This document shows positions 50,322 through 59,943 of a DNA stretch of 64,000 nt, piece by piece. The DNA is taken from contig OZ251219.1 of NCBI GenBank assembly GCA_965240465.1, positions 160,001-224,000 of the forward strand, given 5' to 3'. The stretch comes from a bacterium. GTDB lineage: Bacteria; SAR324; JACQKK01. The position numbers and the translations under genes are program-made. The notes under the pieces were generated by a model. The model saw only the letters and a list, made by a program, of their open reading frames with translations, was not told where the DNA came from and made no database searches. The first letter of the stretch is position 1, and each line of letters opens with the position of its first letter.

Positions 50322-51659
50322 ATGCAGCATGTTGTGATTGTTGGAGGAGGTACAATTGGCTCGTTTTTAGCCAAACGCATCTCTTTGGAGAATGTAAGAG
50401 TCACCATGATTGATCAAAACCCCCTGGTTCTCAAATCTCTACAGCATCAATTGGATATTGCCGTCTACGCCTGCAGTGCTACTAATTATAAAGCAGTTCA
50501 GCAAGCGGGCATTAACAATGCCGATTTATTTGTAGCTACCACCCGCCATGATGAAACTAACTTGATTGCCTGCCTCTTGGCAGACACTTTAAATATCAAG
50601 AACAAGATTGCGGTCACTCGTTACTTAGGTGCCAGAGGTCATACTTGGGTAGGTCTGAAGCAAAGCGGAAAGATTGTGAACACTAGTGAAGCCGTTTGCC
50701 AACATCTGATGGAGACCATTAGTCTGACTGGTATTCATGAACAAACCTCCTTTGCCGATGGAGAGCTGATGCTGATAGCTACTCGCTTGGGACACCATAG
50801 CCCTTTGATCGGCAAACAGGCTTCAGAATTGATGAAAATCAATCCGAATATGAGCATCACACATTTAGTACGCAACCATCATGCGATTACCTGTAAAGAA
50901 GATTCAGTTATAAAAAAGAATGATCACCTGTATTTGGTGGTGCTTCGCAAGGGCTTGCAACAAGCACATGAAGTCTTGGGAGTGAAAAATATAAATTCAC
51001 GACAGGCAGTTATCTTTGGAGGTAATTTCTTGTCTGAAATGGTTGCAGAAACACTTTCTTTGCATGGTTTTGAAGTAAATTTGATGGTTCCCGGCCGTCA
51101 TTTGGTACGCGTGAAGGATGATTTGAAAAATAGAAAGCGGGTACGAGTTACCACAGGAGAAGTGACCCTAGATAGTTTTAAGGAACATAGGGTAGGGAAG
51201 AATAGATTATTTCTGGCAGTAAGCGGGGATGACACTGTTAATTTGCTGGCTTGCATGCTAGCTAAAAGCATGGGGGCATCCAAAACTGTGGCTGCGATCA
51301 AGTCTCTAGAGTTGGAGGATCCGGCCCTAAAGAGTGGTACTGATGCCTGTATTTTTCCTCATTTGTCCACAGCACGTGCTATTCATAGCCAGCTACATAA
51401 GGATGATATTTTAGATTATCACGCTATAACTCAAACCAATTTATCGGTGGTCAAATTGAAGGCTCGTCCTCACAGCCGAGTTACTCAGGTTCCCTTAAAG
51501 CATATACAGCTACCTGAAGGAACTGTAGTCGGGGCGATAATAAACAAAGGGAAAGCTACTCTGCCCAGCCCATCACATATCATCAAATCTACAGAAGAAG
51601 TTTTACTATTGGCACATTCAGAGAACATGCCCGAAACCGAAGCCTTATTTTTTCATTAA
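50322..51659 (+). CDS. trkA: Trk potassium uptake NAD-binding (RCK) protein
   Basis: Two RCK repeats; IVGGGTIG, ADLFVATT..DETNLIAC, DDTVNLLACMLAK. Confidence 0.9.
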   Translation: MQHVVIVGGGTIGSFLAKRISLENVRVTMIDQNPLVLKSLQHQLDIAVYACSATNYKAVQQAGINNADLFVATTRHDETNLIACLLADTLNIKNKIAVTRYLGARGHTWVGLKQSGKIVNTSEAVCQHLMETISLTGIHEQTSFADGELMLIATRLGHHSPLIGKQASELMKINPNMSITHLVRNHHAITCKEDSVIKKNDHLYLVVLRKGLQQAHEVLGVKNINSRQAVIFGGNFLSEMVAETLSLHGFEVNLMVPGRHLVRVKDDLKNRKRVRVTTGEVTLDSFKEHRVGKNRLFLAVSGDDTVNLLACMLAKSMGASKTVAAIKSLELEDPALKSGTDACIFPHLSTARAIHSQLHKDDILDYHAITQTNLSVVKLKARPHSRVTQVPLKHIQLPEGTVVGAIINKGKATLPSPSHIIKSTEEVLLLAHSENMPETEALFFH

Positions 51660-51695
51660 TGTCCCCACCAGCAAACCAAGAATACTGTGCCTTCT

Positions 51696-52235
51696 CTAGC
51701 GACTGTACAAAACAGGCTTATCCATTTCTATCCGTCCTTCTTCCAAAAAAAACTTAAAACCCTGGGACTTCTGTACCCACTGATTATACTCAATCAGTAC
51801 CGTATCTTCTGAATAAACTACCCCCTGATTGATGTTGTAAAACATGGTGTCGGATTCTACACTCCAATGACTACTAAAACGATCCAATCGTACTCCATCT
51901 GAAAAAAAAAGTTGACCCCTTTCCTTGTGCCAAACTGCGGCCCCACTCCTACCAATAGTTTCGCTGTTTTCACCTTTATGCAGCTGAAAGTTGACCCTAA
52001 CTAAACTAGTACGACCACCCTGTTGCAATCCTCGCTCAGCCTCCAATGACCACCTTTGGCCATCGGCATTTTCTTTATCTATATGCAGACCAACAATCCT
52101 CGTTGCCCCCTCAACCAGTTCCTCACTGACAGTAACCTCATTAACAGGTCTATCAGGTACAATCCAGCGTGCCATCCCGTATAATAAACCCATCCCCAAC
52201 ATCATAAAGCCAAAAAACAATAACAATCTCCGCAT
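51696..52235 (-). CDS. lptC: LPS export periplasmic protein, LptC-like
   Basis: N-terminal TM anchor, then G..RWSLEAE and beta-jellyroll-like pattern (ESDTMFYN, VYSEDTVLI). Confidence 0.65.
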   Translation of the reverse strand: MRRLLLFFGFMMLGMGLLYGMARWIVPDRPVNEVTVSEELVEGATRIVGLHIDKENADGQRWSLEAERGLQQGGRTSLVRVNFQLHKGENSETIGRSGAAVWHKERGQLFFSDGVRLDRFSSHWSVESDTMFYNINQGVVYSEDTVLIEYNQWVQKSQGFKFFLEEGRIEMDKPVLYSR

Positions 52236-52345
52236 TGATACTCCACTTATTTTTGTTGATTTTTGCTTGTACTAGCCACCTATCACCATGTTAGCATGGA
52301 GAGGGTTATCGTTACTTTATCGTATTTCAACCTTAAACAACTATT

Positions 52346-52864
52346 ATGAAATCAATTTTTACTTCATCATCTCCAGTGGCCTCCCTAGGCAACAGACTCT
52401 CATGGCTTAGCTTGTTTTTGGGTTGCGATTTGCTCTTTAAATTCATTGTCTACTACAAATTATCTACCATCCAGACCCGTCCACTTATTCCCTATTTCGT
52501 AGATCTTACCCACACCTTTAACTATGGCATCAGCTTTGGCTTGATGCAAAACTTGCCAGCATCCATACGAGTTCCGCTCATTATTAGTTTGTCTGTGTTA
52601 GCGATTGGAGGATTTATCTATGCCTGGCTCAGCCGCAGGAAACGAATGGACATCTTTAGCGATTGGGGTTTCATATTAATAATCGCGGGTGCCTTAGGAA
52701 ATTTCATAGAACGTGTTTTGCGAGGAGGCGTGACCGATTTTTTTCATTTTCACGCTGGGTCAGTCAGTTTTTTCGTTAACAATTTGGCAGATATAGAGAT
52801 CAGCATCGGGGTAGTCCTACTGTTGATAGGCGGATGGCGCGAACACCGCCGAGCAGCTCGTTAG
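52346..52864 (+). CDS. lspA: Lipoprotein signal peptidase II
   Basis: DLLFK, NYGISFG, GALGNFIER, GVTDFF, NLAD; 4 TM segments. Confidence 0.94.
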   Translation: MKSIFTSSSPVASLGNRLSWLSLFLGCDLLFKFIVYYKLSTIQTRPLIPYFVDLTHTFNYGISFGLMQNLPASIRVPLIISLSVLAIGGFIYAWLSRRKRMDIFSDWGFILIIAGALGNFIERVLRGGVTDFFHFHAGSVSFFVNNLADIEISIGVVLLLIGGWREHRRAAR

Positions 52865-52934
52865 GGGGAAGGACACGCCAACATTTTTAACAAGTTTGTT
52901 TTGTGATGCTTGCAATTCGCCCTAGCGATTATCA

Positions 52935-54440
52935 CTAAGGAAAGATAAGAGCTAAATAGTGAACCTGACTGCCTAGGTGTACCAAAAACAAGAGTGGTTT
53001 TCCAGAGACGGTGCTGTTCAGCAATCTTTCCAACTGGCGAATTGAGCGAATACCCTTGTTATTAACCGCCCGTATTAGTGCCCCTTCACGAAGCCCAGCT
53101 TTGTCAGCTATGCTTCCCGCGGATACCTTGGCTACCAGTACTCCGTTTAGCCCTTCATATCCCAGACTAGCTGCTATGGAAGGAGTGACCTCCTTCACCG
53201 TGAAACCCAGACTATTGGCTTGAGGTCCCGTTTTTCTATTTCTTTGTCTACTGGGACGAGAATCATTTGAAGACTGCAAAGAAGTGGGCAGCTGACCTAC
53301 CTTCACTTTGAAATAACGTTGCTTGCCTGCACGCAAGACCCGTACTTCTACCGAGCTACCCGGTTTCCATCCAGCCACCCGATTACGCAATTCGCCCGTA
53401 GTACGTATCTGCTTCTTATCAAAATGAGTGATGATATCCCCTTGTCGTAACCCCGCTTTCTCTGCTGGACTACCAGCACCCACCTGAGACAATAATACCC
53501 CTGAACGAGGCTCAACTTTTAGAGCCTTGGCCAGATTGGCATCTATATCCTGAATTCTTACCCCTAGAAATCCGCGTGAAACTTTGCCATCGGCTATCAA
53601 TGCGGTCATCACCTGCTTGACCATGTTGATGGGAATCGCAAATCCCACCCCCAAATTGCCCCCACTACGACTAAAAATAGCAGTATTCACTCCAACCACT
53701 TCACCATGTAGATTGACTAGCGGTCCCCCGCTATTGCCAGGGTTGATGGAGGCATCAGTCTGAATAAAATCCTCATAGTCTACCTGCCCCAGCTGTGTAC
53801 GACCCTTAGCACTAACAATTCCTTGAGTTATGGTCTGTTCCAAGCCAAACGGACTTCCAATCGCCATCACTGTCTCCCCCACCTCCAAGGCATCTGAATT
53901 GCCCAGCTTTAATGACGGCAGACGAGGTCCATCAATCTTTAATACCGCCAAATCAGTGGCTGAATCCGCACCCACTAGCTTTGCCTTAAACTGCCGACCA
54001 TCCTTCAATTTGACCTCAACGGAACCCGCACCCACTACCACATGATTATTGGTCACCACATAGCCCTTGCGATCCACTATAAATCCCGAACCTAAACCTC
54101 TTTGAAAACGCGGCTCGTTATTTTCAGGAAGGGTACCCGGTGGAAAAAATCTACGGAAGAATGGGTCATCAAATGGATCAATGCCTGATGACGCCGTAGG
54201 CTTCTCCACACTAATGTGCACCACGGCATTGCTCACACGACGCAAAATAGCAGCCCGTGCCTTGGATGCTCTCACCAGAACCTCTAAATCCTTCTCAGAT
54301 TGAGCATGCACATCTGCCGGGGAACTAATCGCCAGCAGCAGACTGGTTGTCATATTTACGGTTGTCAATATCCCTGCGGTCAGTAACCCTGCTATCAGTA
54401 CCTTTATACTTATTGTCGCTGTTTTCATTGTTACTCTCAT
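52935..54440 (-). CDS. degP: DegP/DegQ (Do) serine protease with two PDZ domains
   Basis: GSGFIV, TNNHVV, TDLAVLK, IQTDASINPGNSGGPL, two PDZ domains, signal region. Confidence 0.95.
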   Translation of the reverse strand: MRVTMKTATISIKVLIAGLLTAGILTTVNMTTSLLLAISSPADVHAQSEKDLEVLVRASKARAAILRRVSNAVVHISVEKPTASSGIDPFDDPFFRRFFPPGTLPENNEPRFQRGLGSGFIVDRKGYVVTNNHVVVGAGSVEVKLKDGRQFKAKLVGADSATDLAVLKIDGPRLPSLKLGNSDALEVGETVMAIGSPFGLEQTITQGIVSAKGRTQLGQVDYEDFIQTDASINPGNSGGPLVNLHGEVVGVNTAIFSRSGGNLGVGFAIPINMVKQVMTALIADGKVSRGFLGVRIQDIDANLAKALKVEPRSGVLLSQVGAGSPAEKAGLRQGDIITHFDKKQIRTTGELRNRVAGWKPGSSVEVRVLRAGKQRYFKVKVGQLPTSLQSSNDSRPSRQRNRKTGPQANSLGFTVKEVTPSIAASLGYEGLNGVLVAKVSAGSIADKAGLREGALIRAVNNKGIRSIRQLERLLNSTVSGKPLLFLVHLGSQVHYLALIFP

Positions 54441-54648
54441 GCTAAGGTTAATTTTCTTTATGCCTCTTAACCGACATAACCTACACCAGACTATTCTAGC
54501 ATGCCTGATTTTTTTTAATTTTGATAGTTTGCCCCAGCAATGTATAGCTTACACAGTAAAAAATCACTGCAAGTTGGTTTGTTTATTATAAAGCGACCAG
54601 TGATTACCATCAACCTTCCACTAAAAAAATGTATCCTATAAAGCACTG

Positions 54649-56235
54649 ATGGATTTAATTTTATCTCAGTTACATAATGTTAATTTTCTGGTAGTGGGGG
54701 ATCTACTTCTGGATAGGTATTTATGGGGAGAAGCAAAAAGGGTTTCACCGGAGGCTCCAGTTCCGATAGTGCATGTGGAAAGGGAGGAATCACGTTTGGG
54801 AGGGGCTGCTAATGTCGCAAACAATTTATATGCTCTGGGAGTGAAAACTCAGGTGGTAGGTTTGATTGGCAAAGATCAGCCGGGAAGATCCTTACAAAAT
54901 TTGCTCAAGAAAACTGGCATTGATACCGATGGTCTGGTCGTGGATACCCAAAGAATAACCACCGTAAAAACTCGGGTGATGGCATCTCATCAGCAATTAT
55001 TGCGTTTTGACCACGAAACGCATCAAGTAACCAATGATATTATCAGTCAGCAGCTATGGCAACGGGTTCAGCAGGCTTTGGACACAGTGGATGGGGTGTT
55101 GGTGTCGGATTATAAAAAGGGGACTATCAGCCAAAAATTGTTTGCCAATTTGGTGACAGATTGCCAGAAAAAAGACATTCCTTTGTTTGTTGACCCAAAA
55201 GGGCAGGATTATCGTTGTTATCGCGGGGCTAGTTGTCTCACTCCTAATGAACAAGAAGCTGCCATAGCCAGTAACTTGGCTGGAACCAACACTCTACCCG
55301 ATATTGCTAACACCCCCCAAGATCTAAACCATAAAAACAGCGAGTCTCTCACAGCTGCCAAAAAATTGATGCAAGAAACCAATAGCGAAGCCCTCTGCAT
55401 CACCTTGGGAGCCAGGGGCGTATTGGTACTCACTGCCAATGGAGAACATCGGCAGCTGGCTACTGAGACTAAGGAGGTGTTTGATGTCACCGGGGCTGGG
55501 GATACCTTCATTGCGGTTTTGGCAGCAATGCAGACAACATATCGCAAAACAAACCAAAAACTAAAAAAAGGCAAACTGGCTAAAGAGGACTCGGCTTCCT
55601 CATGGTTTGAGGCTGCCACCTGGGCTAATAGAGCCGCGGGCATGGTAGTCGGTCGTTTGGGAGCTGTGACTATAAGTTCGGAAGAATTAGCAAGGGGTTC
55701 ATATGGTTCTTATCCTGCTACTGAGAAACTGCCTCTGTGGCAAAATAAATTAAGGTACGATGTCAAGCAGCTGGCAGCGGAATTGAATCAGCATCAACAA
55801 CGAGGAAAGCAGATTGTATTCACCAATGGCTGTTTTGATTTGCTTCACGCAGGACATGCCGCCTGCTTGGAATCTGCCCGCCGAGAGGGAGATTTGCTAG
55901 TGGTGGGATTAAATTCAGATGCCTCTGTAAGACGTCTCAAAGGAGACTTGCGTCCTTTATCCAAATTGGAGGATCGGGTTCGGTTGCTATGTTCTCTTAC
56001 TGCAGTAGACTATGTAACCGTCTTTGATGCCGATACTCCCCAAGAATTGATTGCCAAACTACGCCCTGATGTACTAGTAAAGGGGCAGGATTACGCCCTG
56101 GATGAAATTGTGGGTGGCCAGCTGGTAAAACGATGGGGAGGTCGGGTGGTACGAGTTCCTTTCTTAGAAGGACATTCTTCCAGCCAGTTGAGAGAATCGT
56201 GGCAGGTTGCCTCTGCAGCTGATAAAAAAACATAA
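54649..56235 (+). CDS. hldE: Bifunctional heptose 7-phosphate kinase / heptose 1-phosphate adenylyltransferase
   Basis: RVSPEAPVP, GGAANVA, SDYKKG, DVTGAGDT; C-terminal FTNGCFDLLHAGH, GLNSDASV, LVKGQDY. Confidence 0.97.
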   Translation: MDLILSQLHNVNFLVVGDLLLDRYLWGEAKRVSPEAPVPIVHVEREESRLGGAANVANNLYALGVKTQVVGLIGKDQPGRSLQNLLKKTGIDTDGLVVDTQRITTVKTRVMASHQQLLRFDHETHQVTNDIISQQLWQRVQQALDTVDGVLVSDYKKGTISQKLFANLVTDCQKKDIPLFVDPKGQDYRCYRGASCLTPNEQEAAIASNLAGTNTLPDIANTPQDLNHKNSESLTAAKKLMQETNSEALCITLGARGVLVLTANGEHRQLATETKEVFDVTGAGDTFIAVLAAMQTTYRKTNQKLKKGKLAKEDSASSWFEAATWANRAAGMVVGRLGAVTISSEELARGSYGSYPATEKLPLWQNKLRYDVKQLAAELNQHQQRGKQIVFTNGCFDLLHAGHAACLESARREGDLLVVGLNSDASVRRLKGDLRPLSKLEDRVRLLCSLTAVDYVTVFDADTPQELIAKLRPDVLVKGQDYALDEIVGGQLVKRWGGRVVRVPFLEGHSSSQLRESWQVASAADKKT

Positions 56236-56271
56236 CTATTAAAAAATTATATTATTCTCATAGGGAAAAAA

Positions 56272-57699
56272 ATGGATAATTACGATGTGGTGGTGATTGG
56301 CTCTGGCCCTGGTGGTTATGTAGCCGCCAATCGTGCTGGGCTGGCTGGCTTAAAAACAGCGGTGGTGGAAAGAGAATCTTTGGGAGGAGTGTGCTTGAAT
56401 TGGGGATGCATACCCACCAAAGCCCTGCTGAAAAGTGCAGAACTGTTTGAAGAACTTCAACAAGCTGAAAATCATGGTTTTCAAGTAACAAAGATCGGTT
56501 TTGATGCCGAGAAAATTGTGGCTCGTTCTAGAAAAATTGCCAAAAAGATGAACGCTGGGGTACGAAGTTTGTTGAATAAATATAAGGTAAAAACCATCAT
56601 GGGAGAGGCCTCCTTTAAGGATGCCCATACTCTCCAAATTTCAGCCCAAGGTCAGCCACCACAAACCATTAAGGCTAAGCATATTATCGTGGCTACTGGT
56701 GCTTCTCCGCGTTGCTGGGCAGATTTTCCTGTTGATCATCATACCGTCATCAACTACCGCGATGCCCTTGCCCTGACAAAATTTCCCAAGCAGCTTTTAG
56801 TGATCGGGGCTGGTGCCATTGGAGTAGAATTTACCTACTACTTTAGTGCCTTTGGGGTGAAAGTACACTTGGTGGAAATGCAAAACCAGCTACTACCAAA
56901 TGAAGATTCTGAAATCTCCTCCCTACTATTGAAAAACTTCCAAAAAAGAGACATCAATTGCTACCTCAACACCCGCATTAGTGAATTCAAAGCCACTAAA
57001 AACAAGGTTAACTGTAAATTGACGCCCCAAAACAAAACCGAAAAAACAATATCTCTGCAAACCGATATGGCACTGGTCGCCATCGGCATGCAAGCCCACA
57101 CCAAAAATATGGGATTAGAAAAAACAGCCATTAAAACTGATCAACAAGGATTTATCCCTACCGATCCCCACATGCGTACCAGTGTCCCCCATATATATGC
57201 CATCGGAGATGTCACCGGCCGCCAATTACTAGCTCACAAAGCCTCTGCCGAGGCTGAGATTGCCGTAAAACACATTAGTAGCTCCTCTGCTTCCTCATCA
57301 ACCCCCGCTTCGCACACTCCTATGAGCTATGATCAAATCCCTGCTTGTACTTATTGCCAGCCGCAAGTAGCCTCACTGGGACTCACAGAAAAAGCCTGCC
57401 AAGACAAAAAAATAAGCTATCAGATAGGCAAATTTCCCTATATCGCCAGCGGTAAAGCCAACGCCATTGGTCACACCGATGGAATGGTCAAACTGCTCTT
57501 CGGAAAACCCCATGGCCAATTGCTAGGAGCACATTTGATAGGTCCAGATGTTACAGAACTGTTAGCCGAACTCTCCTTAGCCATGAAATTGGAAGCCACT
57601 AAAGAGGAAATCCTGGCTACCATTCATGCCCACCCCACCCTGTCTGAATCTATCTTTGAAGCTACCGCTGTAGCTTATGGCGTAAGTGCTAATTTCTAA
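56272..57699 (+). CDS. lpdA: Dihydrolipoyl dehydrogenase
   Basis: GSGPGGYVAA, GGVCLNWGCIPTK, GAGAIG, YAIGD, HAHPTLSE. Confidence 0.97.
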   Translation: MDNYDVVVIGSGPGGYVAANRAGLAGLKTAVVERESLGGVCLNWGCIPTKALLKSAELFEELQQAENHGFQVTKIGFDAEKIVARSRKIAKKMNAGVRSLLNKYKVKTIMGEASFKDAHTLQISAQGQPPQTIKAKHIIVATGASPRCWADFPVDHHTVINYRDALALTKFPKQLLVIGAGAIGVEFTYYFSAFGVKVHLVEMQNQLLPNEDSEISSLLLKNFQKRDINCYLNTRISEFKATKNKVNCKLTPQNKTEKTISLQTDMALVAIGMQAHTKNMGLEKTAIKTDQQGFIPTDPHMRTSVPHIYAIGDVTGRQLLAHKASAEAEIAVKHISSSSASSSTPASHTPMSYDQIPACTYCQPQVASLGLTEKACQDKKISYQIGKFPYIASGKANAIGHTDGMVKLLFGKPHGQLLGAHLIGPDVTELLAELSLAMKLEATKEEILATIHAHPTLSESIFEATAVAYGVSANF

Positions 57700-57783
57700 C
57701 CATAAATAGTCAGCTGGTTTGCGAATAATAAGCATTTATGGTGAAATGGATATATACATGTTGGTTTTGTTTATTATTGCTCG

Positions 57784-59889
57784 GTGATATTTTGCATGTC
57801 AAAACAGTCTTTGGTTGCCAAAGGCACCGTTTCAAGCACAACTAAAAAATTGGAATTTCAGGTCTTCAGTCAATTGCCTTGGCCTGGCTGGATTACCAAT
57901 CCTCAAGGGCAAGTGATTAACATCAATGAAACAGCCCTACAGCTGATGCAACAGCTGAACATAAAACTAGCTGATAATGGGAAAAAACCTTTTCCAGTAC
58001 AGGAACTGCTAAAGCATTTTGACATCAGTAGCTTAGCAGAACGAAAGACGCTACAATCACACTGGGAGGGAGAATGGTTTTACCGTCAGCAGAAAAATTT
58101 GCGAACCTTCAAGGTATCTGTATTTCCTATCCACAGTAAGGAAAAGGGGGAAATCATTGGCATTAGCTATCAGTTACAGGATGGCACCAAGGAGTCTTCA
58201 AAAGATCAAGAGTTAAGTAGCTTGCATAAGCAACTGCAGAATACTCAAGCCGACTTGGAGCAAATGTTTGGGGAACTCCGCCGGGTGTACAAACTTGGCA
58301 ATGAACTTTTAGATGGTTTAACTAAGGAATTGATAATGCCTGTCAATAAATTAGTATCCCGCATTAGAGGTCTACATGATGTACGGGATTCTATGTCTAC
58401 CTTGCAACAGCAACATGTGGCAGAGATACAACAGCAGATCGAGCTATTAAGAACAATTGTTAGTAGTATTGATCACTTGGTGGAATTACAGCAGGACTTA
58501 CAAGAAACAGCCCCTGAAAAAATTGATGTCAGAGCCATGGTGAAGGATGCGTTTGCCGAAAACATTTTTTGGCAGAGGAAAAAAGGGCTTGTTTTAAATA
58601 CCAAATTTCCTGGTCAATTAGTGATTGTTAAATCTCCTGGGGCTAATTTGAAAAAATTGCTAAATTTGCTGGTACGCGAAGTACACTTGGCTTGTAAAGC
58701 TAATTCCCAAATTAAGGTGAGCTGCCACCAAGATAAAATACACGATATGGTACAGCTACATATTTTGTATCAAGGTACCCGACTAGATAAATTCGCAGAA
58801 AGTGCCTCAGGGCAAGAAAGTCAGAAACGATTTGCGATATGGTTACCGCTTTTGCAACGCAACATGCTTCAAAATGGCGGCAATTTGGAATTTGGAGAAA
58901 ATAAACATGGAGTTTATCTAGAAATAAACATGGTCCAAGATCACACAAAAACCGAGCGAACAAGGGTACTGATTTGTGATGAAAATAAGAACGATTCTCG
59001 CTTAGTCAAGAAATTATTATTCAAGCATTGGCCAAGAGCCTTAATACTTGATTTTACCAATCCCTTTGATCTGTTGGATCGCCATGACAATTTCCAACCT
59101 GATCTGGTGGTGATAGATCCTAATTTTTCTCAACCTGGTTGGGGACAGCACCGAGCGTTGGCTAGTTTGTTTCAGCAGCGTCAACATATCTGCCCAGTAT
59201 TAAGCATCAGTACCCTTTACAACAAAGAAGCTGAGTGCGTTTTGGTGGCAAAACGTGGAGTAAGCGACTACATAGCAAAACCCTGCTCAGAATTTGATTT
59301 GGATTTCAAACTTAAAAGAATGTTGACGCTTCATAGACGTGAACGCAATCTGCAACAAACCATGGGAATAACCCAACGCCAAGCCTATACCGATTTTCTC
59401 ACTGGGCTTGGCAATCGTAATCACTTTGATGACTTCCTAAAAGTACAGATCAGCTACTCCAAGCAAACCAACAAAAAATGTACCCTAGTGATGATGGATG
59501 TGGATCACTTCAAGCATTTCAATGATATCCACGGTCATCAACTGGGCGATGAATTATTGCGTAGTATAGGGCAACTATTACAAAAATCAGTACGCTCTTC
59601 TGATCTAGCAGCTCGCTACGGCGGAGAAGAATTCGTACTGGTACTACCAGAAACTGATAAAATAATGGGAGCTGCCATCGCAGAAAAAGTGAGAATCTCC
59701 ATAGAATCCATTAACATCCCAGAGGCTAAACAGCAGCCGCTGGGGTTAATATCAGCCAGCTTTGGGGTGGCTTGCTTTGATGTGGATGGCAAAGATCCAG
59801 CCTCTTTGATTCACTGGGCTGATCAATGCATGTATGCCGCAAAAGAGGCCGGCCGAAATAAGGTGATAACCAGCCTCAAGCCTTCGTAA
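57784..59889 (+). CDS. Diguanylate cyclase with PAS, degenerate histidine-kinase and receiver domains
   Basis: PAS-like N-terminus; REC (VLICDEN, VVID, AKP); TDFLTGLGNR, DVDHFKHFND, RSSD I-site, RYGGEEF. Start may be ATG 57796. Confidence 0.9.
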   Translation: MIFCMSKQSLVAKGTVSSTTKKLEFQVFSQLPWPGWITNPQGQVININETALQLMQQLNIKLADNGKKPFPVQELLKHFDISSLAERKTLQSHWEGEWFYRQQKNLRTFKVSVFPIHSKEKGEIIGISYQLQDGTKESSKDQELSSLHKQLQNTQADLEQMFGELRRVYKLGNELLDGLTKELIMPVNKLVSRIRGLHDVRDSMSTLQQQHVAEIQQQIELLRTIVSSIDHLVELQQDLQETAPEKIDVRAMVKDAFAENIFWQRKKGLVLNTKFPGQLVIVKSPGANLKKLLNLLVREVHLACKANSQIKVSCHQDKIHDMVQLHILYQGTRLDKFAESASGQESQKRFAIWLPLLQRNMLQNGGNLEFGENKHGVYLEINMVQDHTKTERTRVLICDENKNDSRLVKKLLFKHWPRALILDFTNPFDLLDRHDNFQPDLVVIDPNFSQPGWGQHRALASLFQQRQHICPVLSISTLYNKEAECVLVAKRGVSDYIAKPCSEFDLDFKLKRMLTLHRRERNLQQTMGITQRQAYTDFLTGLGNRNHFDDFLKVQISYSKQTNKKCTLVMMDVDHFKHFNDIHGHQLGDELLRSIGQLLQKSVRSSDLAARYGGEEFVLVLPETDKIMGAAIAEKVRISIESINIPEAKQQPLGLISASFGVACFDVDGKDPASLIHWADQCMYAAKEAGRNKVITSLKPS

Positions 59890-59943
59890 AGATATCCCTA
59901 CAAATAACCATCACCAAACCCAAAACACATTCACCTTAAGAAA

